This document shows positions 39,030-52,500 of a DNA stretch of 64,000 nt, piece after piece. This DNA comes from Octopus sinensis. Lineage: Eukaryota. The notes under the pieces are model-generated. The model made no database searches. It was not told the DNA's origin and was given only the letters and a program-made list of their open reading frames with translations. Within the stretch, counting starts at the first letter, position 1, and each line of letters begins with the position of its first letter. The stretch is from contig NC_042998.1 in the NCBI RefSeq assembly GCF_006345805.1, positions 80,104,001-80,168,000 of the forward strand, given 5' to 3'. The position numbers were made by a program, and so were the translations under genes.

Positions 39030-41013
39030 ACCCATGCTAGCATGGAGAACGGACGTTAAACGATGATGATGATGATGATATTAGTGAAGAAAACATTTCT
39101 CACATATTGGTTCATAGTGATAAGAACTTTTGTCTACAATTTATTCATGCTATGTGACTAATATACACACATGTATTTTTGTTTGTTTTGCTCTCTCTTT
39201 CTCTCACTCCCTCTCACTCACACACACACACACGTATGAAAGAGAAATGTAAGTTTTATACAGACTCATGCATATACTTCTATGAGTTATGCATAGGTAT
39301 GCATAAGCATTTGCATGTGAGTATAACACACACGCACACATATTTGCATATAAAAATGTCTTATCCCCACAACCCCCATCTGTTCTTCATTCAATAGTTT
39401 TTAGTACCAATAATAATATTTATGGCTTCCTTAAAAGGAATTGGTCTCTTCCAATTGAAAATCTGGAAGAAATTACAACTATGCTATAGAGATATATATC
39501 AAATTATTATTTTTTTTTCCATATACATTGCCACTTATATTATAATGAATTTTTGCCATATTGTTTTCTAATATCATATGTTTTGCTGATATGTGTTGTT
39601 ATTGTAGAACTAATATTTTATTTATTTTATTCTTGTTCTTTAAAACCATTTTTGCTTTGTATTTGTATTTGTCTCTTTAGTAAAGAACAAAGAAAGGTTA
39701 AGGTTCAGTGCCATGAAAATGGTAAACATCTGGCATGGTAATGATACCATCACAATTATCATTGAAGAAGATATGTCTTCAGAAAGTGTGTATATTAAAT
39801 AGCTTGTAATTGCTTTATAGCATCATAAGGAATATATACACACATATATATGTATCCACACATACTTTGATAGAGAGGGTTTTATTTTATATATTGAGAA
39901 AAAAAAGCCTGATACAATTAGTCAAAAAAAGTGGGACGGTCAAACACAGCTGGGAAATATGTTGGATAAGGGAGCCAGCAACATGTTCATCTATTTATAA
40001 CAGTAAATGAACAACAAAGTGTACATTGAAAATACAAAGAAATTTTTTTACTATAAATGATTATAATGTCAGCTGGAGATACTTCATGACATTATAGCTA
40101 CTCATACCAGTACTAAGTGCAATATACAAAAACCAAAAACCTATTTAGGTTGATAAAGGCCCCGAGAAGAAAGCCTCTTTAAACACTTCATTATAGTTTG
40201 TGGGCAGCATTGGCTAAGCTTGAAATGAAGATTTTTTTCCTAAATTGTACTTGAAATACATCCAAACCTAGAAATATCAAAGCAAGCCATTTTGTTGTAT
40301 TTTTGCTTTTTTTTTTAGTCCAGGTTACCTCTGCTAAAGCAGATTTATGAATAAAAGTATTTTAAAAATCTGCCATTCACCACTGCCTTCATTCTTAATT
40401 ATTCTTAGGCACAAGAGTAACAATTTTGAATGGAGGAATTCAGTTGATTATATCAATTCCAGTGCTTGGCTTGTACTTTATCAACCCTGAAAGAATGGAA
40501 GGTGAAGTTGATCTTTGGTAAGAACATTATCAGTAAATAAAGCAACAACAATTCTCACAAAGTGATACTACATACCACAAACCATTTTCTCTGATAATCT
40601 ACCAACTGTGTCATGTTAGATTTATCCTATCCTATAGATGAGTTGGTGTGTGCTCATAACGGAGGGTAAACATTCAAACTTATTATCCAAGTTTCATTCT
40701 CACTAACACTTTTGGGAAAGGCATGAATGCCACTTTCCTATTCTCCTACATCTTAAGATCAATAGAATGATTATTTCCTTATGAATACATCTGATCACAA
40801 ATAGTCAGGAAACTGCAAAAGTATTCTTTTAGTGATTCCAATCAGTGAGCTGTGGCCATACTGGAATAGTGTGCTTTTAAAATTAAGACGATCTGGTGGG
40901 ATTTGAACCCATGACTCCTCATTAAAGTATCAGAGCAGTGGTAAAATGACCACTGTAATACATTTCTCTGAATTCATTTCATTAGTGTGATAATTTCTTT
41001 CTCATTTATCATT

Positions 41014-41405
41014 TACTAGCAGTATCACCCGGTGTTGCTCGGGTTTGTTTCGACCCTTTAGAATTGGAATTTTGGAAAAGTAAAAATTTTGCTTTATGTA
41101 GCTTGTTATTGTCTTTAAGTGAACATTTTCTGGTTGAAATACACCGAAAAATGGCAACACAGCAGTCAAAAAATCGTAAATAGGGATTTTCATAGAAAAA
41201 GAAACACCTTATTGATGTAAATAATTTTCAGTGTTAACATGGTCCGATTTGAATTTTTTCTACTACAGAAAGAAGAGCAAGCCTTCTTCTATCATACTCT
41301 CAATTTTGGTCAACTTGCGCCGCTGGGTCTCGGAGGAGATAGTGTTAGTTGAAGGCTACCAAACCTGCCATACACAGACAACTTCAGCTTTATATATAGA
41401 GAGAT
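41014..41405 (+). mobile_element. Non-autonomous Helitron-type element (Lep1/Helentron-associated-like)
   Basis: Starts TACTAGCAGTATCACCCGGTGTTGCTCGGG (CCCG/CGGG hairpin), ends CAACTTCAGCTTTATATATAGAGAGAT, T-rich target, no TSD. Confidence 0.7.
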
Positions 41406-42273
41406 TTCTTTCATAAGGCTAAAATTGTGTTTAACATACGTTCTTCATGGTAAAATAGACAATACTAAATACTACAAATCTAGATATTTGCAGGTCTTTC
41501 TGTAGCATTTAAACTGGCCATATTCAGCCCAAATATTTTACCTGTTTTATGTTCAAACCAGCCAGATCCAAGCCCTCACACCTAACCTACAGTATCTTTC
41601 TAAAAATAAACAATCACATCATTGAAATCTTAAAACAATGAGATAATGCTTGATTAATTCAAAACAATGTGAATAAATAAGCATTACATTTGATAGAGCA
41701 ATCTTAATGCTAAAAGGTTAAATTCATGATTAATGATAATTGCATATATGACATTATATATGGTTTCTGAAATAAATGTAATTTATAAAATTAGACCAAA
41801 TATCACCTTAGCTCTTTTTTTAACTGTATTTATTCAATGAAATAAGATACAGCCAAAAATATGAAAAGAAATTTATAACTCTTTTGAAGCTAAACCTAAT
41901 GTAGAAAGTTGAAGCTTATAGACTCCTTTGATGACATGAGAGAAACTGGAGTTTAGTGTAAACATCATTAAATAAAACAGATATTACATGATGAAAATTC
42001 AAACTTGTGAGACTGAGTTTAAGGTATGATATACTTCTTTTTTGCATTTGTTTCACAAGACTTCATGTGAAACCATGTGTTAAAACAGATGTTACTGTAT
42101 TTTCAGAGGGTCATGTTGCACATAAAGACATGCATTATAAACATTAATATATATTTCCAACAATACTTCCATTGACTTCATTTTTTTCATGGACAGATTA
42201 TGTTGATGTCTAAACATTTGGCATTTATTATATGAAATTGTCTTCAAGTTTACACTATTATTATCATTATTAA

Positions 42274-43320
42274 AGCAGCAAGCTGGCAGAATCGTTAGCA
42301 TGCTGAGCGGAAATGCTTAGCGAGCTGGCAGAAATGTTAGCTCACCAGGCAAAATGCTTAGTGATATTTTGTCTGCCGTTATGTTCTGAGTTCAAATTCC
42401 GCAGAGGTTGACTTTGCCTTTCATCCTTTCGGGATCGATAAATTAAGTACCAGTTACGCACTGGGGTCAATGTAATTGACTTAATCCCTTTGTATGTCCT
42501 TGTTTGTTCCCTCTTTGTTTAGCCCCTTGTGGGCAATAAAGAAATAAGTATTTCATCTGCTGCTACATTCTGAGTTTAAATTCCACTGAGCCTGACTTTG
42601 CCTTTCATCCTTTCAGGGTCAATAAATTAAGTACCAGTGAAACACTGGGGTCAATGTAATAGATTTATACCCTCCCCAAAAATGGTTGCCCTTGTGGCAA
42701 AATTTGAAACCATTATTATTATTATTATTTCATCATCATCATCATGGCAGGTGAGTTGGCAGAACTATAAGTATGCCAGACAAAATGCTTAGCAGCATTT
42801 CGTTTGCCTTTCATCCTTTTGGAGTTGATGAAATAAGTACCAGTTGAGCACTGGGGTCGATTTAATTGACTACTCCCTTCCCCAAAAATTTCAGACTTTG
42901 TGTCTATAAAAGAAAGGATTATTATTATTACTATTTGGACTGGAAGTATCATTAGAGCACTGGACAAAATTGTTTTGCAGTATTTTCCTGTATTTCACAT
43001 TCTCATTTGAAATAATCATGAAGTTATTTTCTGCCTTTCAGATAGAATCAATAAAATAAAGTACCTTCAGGTACTGGGGGTCAATGTAAATGACTAATTC
43101 TTCCTCTCCAAAATTACTGACCTTGTGCCTAGAAAAAAAGGCCTTGCAGCATTTGTTCCAGCTCTTCATGTTCTGGGTTTAAATCTTGCCTTGGCCAACT
43201 TTGCTTTTCACCCTTCCAGGGTTGATAAAATAAAGAACCAGTTAAATACTAGGGTTGATGTAATTGACTAATCTACCTCCTCTCTAAATCACTGGCCATG
43301 TACTTAAATCAGAAATCATC
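42274..43320 (+). mobile_element. Tandem pile-up of about five family A SINE copies
   Basis: Repeated heads or central blocks near 42274, 42320, 42550, 42746, 42950 and 43140, several separated by (ATT)n tails. Confidence 0.85.
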
Positions 43321-43429
43321 AACATTATTATTATTGAGTGAGAGAGCAGTGCATGCCATCAAAGTAACACTGGGGTACAATTATATTATTATTATTATCA
43401 TTATTATTATTATCATTATTATTATTGAG

Positions 43430-43975
43430 TGAGTGAGAGAGCAGTGCATGCTATCAAAGTGAGACAGAAGTACAAATATATGAAGCCCAATATACCCATC
43501 ATGAATACCTGTTTGATAAGGGTACACCAGGCACACGCAACACAACCATATGTGCACCACATGGTGATCTCATATCAAGATAAACAGTGCATGACCTTGC
43601 AAGTGGGGCCCAGTTAGAATTTTCTTCAGGTCGAGTAGCCCATCCTGCCTAAAAGGTCCCTGAATAAAGGCTGTTTAAGGATGTTGAATGAAACACCTAT
43701 GTTTCCAGAGCTGACTTATACAAACCCCAAAGAATTCCTCCCAGCACATGACTATGATGCTCCCCCACTACTTTTGCTTGTGATCAGAGATGCATATATC
43801 ATCAGTCACCAAGGAACATGCTCAACTGGTTAAGGTCAAACAACTGACAAGCAAATCTGTGGTATTGAGCTGTAGCCTATCTTTTATACCAAGACAAAAC
43901 ATATACATGATAACACTTCCAATCAGTTATGACTAGAAAGCATGAAAGCTAGTGCTTGGTATTGCATCAGGGTAT
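43430..43975. repeat. Unclassified GC-richer interspersed repeat with a partial terminal duplication
   Basis: GAGTGAGAGAGCAGTGCATGCYATCAAAGT also occurs at 43336, in ATT tracts. The class could not be assigned. Confidence 0.45.
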
Positions 43976-45754
43976 TTATTATTATTATTATGATGATCAT
44001 CATCATCGTTGTGTGGTAGTTTGCAGTGTCAGTAGAGTGCCAGAAAATAAAAATGCCTAGCAGTACTTGGTCATTACCTTCAAAACCTGCCAAAGTCAAA
44101 TTTACCTTTTCATCTTTTCTAGGTCAATCAGTGCTAGTCAAATACAATGGCGTAGAGTTTCATATAATCGACTATTCCCACGACCAAATAGCATAGCTTT
44201 GTGCTAATAAATCATTATAATTATTATCATAATTATTCATCATAATTACAACAATTATAGCCCAATAAATACATGCATATGTATGTATATCAGTAACGTG
44301 TAAATTATAGTATATAAACTGCTTTCTAATATTTTTTTCTTTTACCCAAGAGAAACAGCTTGATCTTCTCAAATTAGTTTATTATATTAGCTTACAAGTT
44401 CACAAACTCCAAGTTAGTGTGCTTTAAGACCATTTTAGCATTCCTGGCAGACAAAATGGCAAAGTCCTCTTATCACGACATTCAAACTAACTCTGTTTTC
44501 TGTACTCTATTAAGCTACAACAAATACAATGTCTCCTTCTTCCTCCTCACTCACTACTACCACTACTACCATCATTGTTTTAATAGACACTTTTCCATGT
44601 TTGCATAGGTCAGATGTAATTCATTGAGGCAGGTTTTCTATGGTCTGTTGCCCTTCCTGTCACCAACCCTCACTTGCTTTCAAGCAAGGTAATAATTTCT
44701 GTGGTGAGACACGTTTTCACAGACAATTGGAAATAAATTACACTTCTTTGATGGTAATAATTATATATAACTATCATACAATATCAAGACAAGGAGACTC
44801 AAATAAGAAACACACATAAGCACATATGACAGGTTTCTTTCAACTTCTGTCTACCAAATCCATTCACAAGGCTGTGGTCAACCTTGGGCTATAGAAGAAA
44901 ACTCTTGTCCAAGGTATCATGCAGTAGGACTGAACCAGAAACCACATGGTCAGGAAGCAAATTTTTAATCACGTAGCCATGTCTGTGTCTTATAATAGTA
45001 TATACATAAATGAACAGAGCAACAAAAGCAAAAACAAGAACATTACAAATTTGCAGTCTCAATTTATGCTGAAATTTCCTGAAAAGACTTGAAAAAATCA
45101 TTAAACCAACTGTAATGTGTAACTTAGTGTACTGGTGAACATGACTAACAAACAGCAAAACCCTAAACCTGTTCTAATAAAGTTATCCAAATATTTACGT
45201 TTCCAAAATAGATTAACTGAGGAAAATATACACAAATTAAATTGTCTTTTCTAATTTACTGTGTTTTAATTCAGTCACATGAAAATCATCATCCTGTTTG
45301 ATTTCTTTTCTAACATACACTAACTTTGACAATGACATGTTATAGGATAAAAATGTTCCCAGCCGCAAATAACTGGAAGAGTTGCACAGCTAACTACTCA
45401 AGTGTAATGCATTATTACCATTCATTTTGCAATAAATACAAAAAGAGAAAAAAAAACACAAAGTTATATTGATTATATGTGAACTATAACAGAGAATGAA
45501 CATTGTTGTATTGTACACTCAATATGTCAGTGCAATTTCCTTGCAGGCATTACTTGCAAGAGTTTATATAAATTTCGTTCAAAACATCTGTTTAAAAATG
45601 TACAGAGAGTAGTAAACTGTTAAGATATGTACTTCAAAATATGTTAGAATAAAGAAATAAAAAGATTTATTACCAACTTTCTTCAACATGAGATATTCAA
45701 TCTACACAAAATTTTACAAATAAATAGTGATTTCTTGAAGCATTTTCATTTAGG

Positions 45755-45812
<58 letters not shown>

Positions 45813-45857
45813 ATATTATCATCATCATATTATTATTATCATCATTATTATTATTAT

Positions 45858-46062
45858 GGCGGTGAGCTGACAGAAATGTTAGCATGCTGGGCGAAATTAT
45901 TAGTGGTATTTTGTCGGTCCTTATATTCTGAGTTCAAATTCTGCCGAGGTTGACTTTGCCTTTCATCCTTTTGGGGGTCGATAGATTAAGTACCAGTAAA
46001 ACACTGGAGTCAATATAATCGATCCCCTCACCAACAATTTCAGACCTTGTGTCTATAGTATT
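45858..46062 (+). mobile_element. SINE family A, full length, inserted after a long (AAT)n tract
   Basis: GGCGGTGAGCTGACAGAAATGTTAGC...GAGTTCAAATTCTGCCGAGG...GTCTATAGTATTATT. Confidence 0.85.
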
Positions 46063-46419
46063 ATTATTTTAACATCTATTTTTCCATGCTTGCCTGGGTC
46101 AGACAAAGCACCAAGTGAGTTAATAATATTCCAATCTTTCAAACAACAAGCAGTCCATATTTGTTCTAGTGGAGGCCCAGAAACAAACAAACAACACTGA
46201 AACAAGCCCTGCCTCCCTTTTTTTTTTTTTTAGCTTACAAAATACCATGCAACAAATCAAGAAGCCAAGATATGCTGTCATAGTGGACTGCAAGCAAATG
46301 ACATTATTAGCAAAGCCAAACTTATATAGATATTGAGACTAATATAATTCAATAAAACCATTGTAAGTAGTGTTCCAGTATGGGCACAGTCCAATGATTG
46401 AAACCAGTACAATAATTGC

Positions 46420-47171
46420 TTCTAATTTAGACATAAAACCATCAGGATTTGAACTCAGAACAAAGATCTGGAAGAAATGTCATGTATCATTTTTCTGATG
46501 TTCTAACACTTTTGCCAATCCACTGTATTAGTTGTATAATAATAAGTAGTAATTCCGTCTAATTTAAGCATAAGGTTAGAAGTTTTATGGAGGGATGTTG
46601 GTTTAGTTGATTACATTGACCCCAGTATTTTACTGGTACTTATTTTTCAGCAACATGAAAAGGATGAAAGGCGAAGTCAACCTTTGTAGAATTTGAACTT
46701 ACTGGATAGCAATTTTGATACTACTAATAATAAAAACAATAACAATAATAATCTTTCTACTATAAACACAAGGCCTGAATTTTGGGGGAGAGGGCTAGCC
46801 AATTGCATCGATCCCACTGCTCAACTGATCTCAAGAGGATGAAAGGCAAAGTCAACCTTGGCAGAATTTGAACTCTCAATGTAAAAACAAATGAAATACC
46901 ACTAAGAATTTTGTCTGGTATGCTAACAATTCTTCTAGTTCACCATGTTAATAATAAGAATGGTTTCAAATTTTGCCTCAAGGGCAGCAATTTTTTTTTG
47001 GGGGGAGGGGGATGAGTCGATTACATTGACCCCTAGTATTCAACTGGTACTTATTTTATTGACCCTGAAAGGCAAAGTTAACCTCAGTGGAATTTGAACT
47101 CAGAATGTGAAGATGGATGAAGTACCACTAAGCATTTTGTCTGGCACACTAACAATTCCACCACATAAATA

Positions 47172-47209
<38 letters not shown>

Positions 47210-47280
47210 CCTTTCTACTATAAGTACAAGGCCAGAAATTTTGAGGGAGGGAGCAGTGGATTAAACTGAACCCAAAAGGA
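46420..47280 (-). mobile_element. Cluster of family A SINE copies and fragments
   Basis: Repeated AAAGGCAAAGTCAACC...GAATTTGAACTC blocks on +. Confidence 0.8.
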
Positions 47281-47673
47281 TAATGATATATATAGAATTC
47301 AAGTAGAAAAGATTTAAGTCTCTAAGCTTGCTCAATCAAGTGACACAGTCTGCCTCCCCGCCTGCAAAAAAGGATTCCACATTCCAAAATAAATGCCACA
47401 TACATGGGGTGTACATCATGTAGACATTCATTGCATAAGAGCACAAGGAAAAGGATAATAGAGGAATGGGCTCTTCATATTTCCTTTGTGCTTTTTATGA
47501 AGTCTCTGATAGATAAGTGAACAGACTGTTGTACTACTATCAGCTGAGAAATAAATAGGTGTAACGAGTTAGGGCAAATACCCCACAGCATTTTTTATAA
47601 TGCTCTATGAATGCTGCCAATCCACTACCTTGAAACTAGTAAAATAATAATAATACTACATAACATATTTCTA

Positions 47674-47988
47674 GCGCTGCCCCGACTGGCCTCCGTGCCG
47701 GTGGCACGCAAAAAGCACCATCCGATCGTGGCCGTTGCCAGCCTTGCTTGGCCCCCGTGCTGGTAGCACGTAAAAAGCACCATCCAACCGTGGCCGTTTG
47801 CCAGCCTCCTCTGGCCCCTGTGCCGGTGGCACGTAAAAAGCACCCACTACACTCACGGAAGGGCATCCAGCCGTAGAAACATTGCCAGATCAGACTGGGC
47901 CTGGTGCAGCCTTCTGGCTTCCCAGACCCCAGTTGAACTGTCCAACCCATGCTAGTATGGAAAGCGGATGCTAAATGATGATGATGAT
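47674..47988 (+). mobile_element. Family C SINE-like retroposon with three subrepeats
   Basis: Three GTGCNGGTRGCACGYAAAAAGCACC units, then the shared 3' body and (GAT)n. Confidence 0.85.
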
Positions 47989-48768
47989 AAGAGTGATACA
48001 GATTTTGTTAAACACATATCATGATCAAAAATAAACATGAAAAATATAGAAGACACATTGTATTTTATAGCACATAATATGCGCTTCCTCACCCTACAGA
48101 AGGGTCTCCAAAAAAAAAAAAGTTCCTTGAGTTCCATAAGCTTTATCACACTAAAAACTATTTTTCCTGAATATGCCCATACATCTTTTTATGCCATTAG
48201 GTATGGTTTCTACCGAACTCATCATTACATATTCATGTTAACAAATGATAAAATTAAATAATTTCTGCCTTTGCTTTATCTATAAAAGTAGCTGGTCAAA
48301 TGAAGAGCAAAGAGCATTCACCTGCTGTAGAAACCAAGCCACAAAGGGAAGGAGTTAGACATGGTCCTCTGGAAGGTAGTGAGTCTGAATAGGAATTGAA
48401 TTGGACTGTGACTACAGTCCTAGCAATGCCAGCAGGGAAAGCAGATGTAAAATGCTATTGATGGTGATGATAATCTGGTTATGTTGATGAAGACAAAGAC
48501 TTTGATGATTGTTTTGAAAACCATCAAGGTCTATGTAGGCCACTCAACCAGCTAAAAGTAGCAGTCATCTCTCTCTCTCTCTCTCTCTCTTTAATCCTAC
48601 ATGACTATCTTTGAAAAAGAATATCTTTGATAATGCAGTTATAAGATCTTACAGCTATATCTGACGATTTGAACATCTTTCATCACAAGTTTTTTACATC
48701 AGAGCCAACTGGAACTAAAGAACAATGACTTTTTATTCTTTTACTTTTATTTCCATGAACCATTTTAA

Positions 48769-48992
48769 CCTTTTTGATACCAACCTGTCTGACATTGATC
48801 TTGTTTCTATGATACAAACTTGCCTTTTTAAAGAGATCTAAATTGAAATCTTCCATCAAACAGTTGGAGCATAAATTTTATGCTGCAAACACTGGCTTTA
48901 TAATGTCAAAGTTATTTTACTAAATTCTTCATTATTCTAAAAATGAATTGAAACAAAAAGTAGTATATATCAACAGAAATATAACAAAAGGG
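48769..48992. mobile_element. piggyBac-like MITE family 2
   Basis: TTAA flanks at 48765-48768 and 48993-48996, imperfect TIRs CCTTTTTGATA / ATAACAAAAGGG. Related copy at 50843-51055 and a fragment at 8243-8390. Confidence 0.65.
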
Positions 48993-49523
48993 TTAAGAAA
49001 CATTAAAAAATTGTTAAACCTGGAAAATTAAGGGCAGAAATATCTTTGGGTTAAAGACACAAAAACATCAGTGTAAAGAAATATGTTAGTCGTATTTGAA
49101 GATTGAATATATCACTTGCTTCCCTAATAAATTTCAGTGACCTCCATTCCAAATGCCATAGAGAATACTAACTGAAATGGTGGTGGGGCATTTAAATTAA
49201 CTTCCATAGATAACATGGAGTTTTATGGGTTCGTGATGTGAAAAGAAGCCCTTAAAAGTGAGGGAAATATGGCTCTCATTAGATATTAAATTTGAGAAGC
49301 TTGGCAGATAATAAAAAGTAAAATTGAATTTTCACACACTATCAAGCTGATTGCAATCTGTATCTTTATTTTAATTTGTTTCTAATTGCTTGAAATGGAA
49401 GCAAAAGTGGTTTATTGTTCATTTAGATTATATGTTATTACATTTTGATGAGAGAGAGAGAGAAAGAGATAGATAGATAGATAGATAGATAGAGATAGAT
49501 AGATAGATAGATAGATAGATAGG

Positions 49524-49567
<44 letters not shown>

Positions 49568-52500
49568 GATAGATAGATAGAGTGATAGAAAGAGTAAAGG
49601 AAGGAGGTTCTTTCAACAATGTTATTAACAAAGATGCTCATTTTAACAGAGGCGATGTGTGCTGTGTATTTTTTATAACCAAAACCATCTGATGATATCA
49701 ATATCAGCATCATAGGCAACTGAAAGCAGACTTACTAACTGCAAATGCATTGTAGTTTGGTTTATTTTCTTTCATTATAATCTTTTTATTGCTTTATTTA
49801 TTTTTTTTTGGTTCATTTTGTTTTAATATCATGCTATTTAATTGGCAATCAGTTCTGCCATATTGATGCTGGACTCCATTAGGGAAATAACATTAATTGG
49901 ATTAATTTTGCTTTTAAATTGATTTATTTAAATATCATTAAAAATTTATTGCAACTAACAGAAACTTTCAAATGAAATTGCAGCAAAATCTATCTTACAA
50001 AATGGCTAGTTTGAAAATAAACTCTTTTTATAATCTAACTTGTGACTTTATGTGCATATGTGTATGGAAACTGGACATTTAATTTATACCAAAGTTTTAC
50101 ATAACTCACTTCTCTACAATGACAAGGTGTATTTCTTGAATGCCAGTTACCACACAAGGATATATTTTTAGATTCCACACACTTCCTCAAAAAGCTTGTA
50201 CTGAAAACTATTTTCCATACAAATCTTCATTTCTTGTTTTACTTCATTTTTTTTACTTCATTTTAATATCCACTTCTTCATGCTTGTATAGATTGGAGAA
50301 ATTTCTGTTGAGGCTGATTTTCTACAGATATAAAGCCTTACCTGTTGCCAACCCTTGCCTGTTTCCAAATAAGATAATACCTTCCCATGACCAGAGAATG
50401 TTTTCATATAAAACTGGGAAAGAAGCACACTGTTTGCATGATGGAGATGTTCATTTACAACTATCACACAATGTCAAGCAAGGTGGTCAGCCTGGAGCTA
50501 TAGCTGCAGTGCCACACAGTAGGATTGAACCCAGAACCATGTGGTTAAGAAGCAAACGTCTTACCACACAGCCATATACAGCGACCAAACTATTTGATTT
50601 TTTATTGTAATATGCTCCAACAATAACATTCTTGATTCTATTTTCCAAGAGTCAAAATTTAGTTTTACTGTATGAAGTTAATATTGTAAAGTGACAGATC
50701 AAATGCTTAGTGGTATTTAACTGCATAACTTAATATTCTGAGTTCAAATCCCACTGAAATAAACTTATCCTTTATCCTTCCTTCTAAATTTAATACCATA
50801 TGCCTATGTTAAATATTGATATTCTGAATCAGTAAAGAAAGATTAACTCTTCTGATACCACTCCTAGTTCTATGATACAAAATTCCTGTTTTAAAAGTGA
50901 TCCAAATTGAAACATTCTTTCAAAATTCCAAGTTAATTTATGATCCACTAACCAGCTTAATAACAACAAAGTTATTTTACTAAATTTGTCATTATTTTCT
51001 AAATTCTTAAAAATAGTAAACGCAGTGTAATTCTACAGAAATATGGAAACAAAAGAATGAAAAAGCTCAGGTATATTTAGCCACTAGAGGTTATATGGTG
51101 TCATTTTTCCCTGGGTCAGCTTTGATTAAATCAAACATTCTGAGACAAATCTGTAATTATACTACATGTAGTGTACCTATGATAACCCAATTTCTCCATT
51201 CTTTTAACCTGTTAGCATTTAAACTGACCATATCCAGCCCAAATATTCTACCTGTTTTATGTTCAAACTAGCCAGATCCAGCCTATCATGTCTATCCTAC
51301 AATGTGAATCCAAAGAATAAACACTTATATCATTAAAATCTTGAAGCTATGAGGTAATGCATGATTAATTCAAAATAGAGTAAATAAATATGCATTGCAT
51401 TTAACAGAGTAATCTGAATGCTAAAGATTAAGAATGATTTGAAGATTTGGCTGCCATTTCCAGCAAGTCAAGTGACTATGTAGAAGCTCTCTTACTAACC
51501 TTAGATAATATATGTCTTAGATAATATATATAAAGATATTAATCTTGTCTTTTCTTTTTTACAAAATATTTTCCTGAGAAACATATACCTTCCAATCAGC
51601 TTATTGCAAACAGACAAACTGGATTAGACCTTAAGCTTTAAAGGATTAGAAGTGGTGTTAATAGTTTAAAGAAGCTACAATTCTGGATGTCGCCAACACA
51701 ATAGGAAGTGTGTCGTGTACATTAATTACAGAGCATGTTAGTTATAGAACATGAGGTCAGAGCCGTTTTAAGTTGAGGATGGGTTAAATTTCATGAATTT
51801 GTTTATTGTAATTATTTCAAGTTAATCACTACCTATTTGAAATATTCGTAATGTTTTTTAAATATGTTGATTGGTTGATTGCTGAGTTAAGCTGTTACTA
51901 TCTGTGTTGGTTGACAGTTCCGGCAGCTTATGACACAAAGACTAAGAAGGGAACATAAACAATGCATCACAAGTGTCATCTAAATGTGTATGGGTTTTTA
52001 AAAATATAATTCAACCATTTAGTATTTAAACAGGCCATATCCGGCCCAAATATTCAATTGCACTTTTTGTTCAAACTGACCTGATCTGGCTCCTCACGCC
52101 TACCCTACATTACTATTCTTAAGTTAAACAATCATATCATTGAAATCTCAAAGCTATGAGATAATTCATGATTAATTTTAAAACAATATGAATAAGCATT
52201 ATGTTTGACAGAGTAATCTGAACACTATAGGGTTAAGACTCTATAAAACCCATATTAATCACTTGAGCATGTTATTCAGTTTTTAGATATGGCTGTGTAG
52301 TTTAAGAGGTTACCTTCCTAATTATGTGAGTACTGGGTTCAGTCCCACTGTGTGGCACCTTAAATAAGTATCTTCTACTATAACCCTGAACTAATTAAAG
52401 CCTTGTAAGGTAATTTGGTAGATGGGAACTGAAAGGAATGCATTGTATGTGTGTCTCCTTGTCTTTACACCATACTATAGCTATAAATAAAGCACCTCTG

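Noticed and set aside
38514-39059. YI/CV/HT ORFs (also at 23126-23649 and 57627-57993)
   Set aside because: Dinucleotide microsatellite translations.
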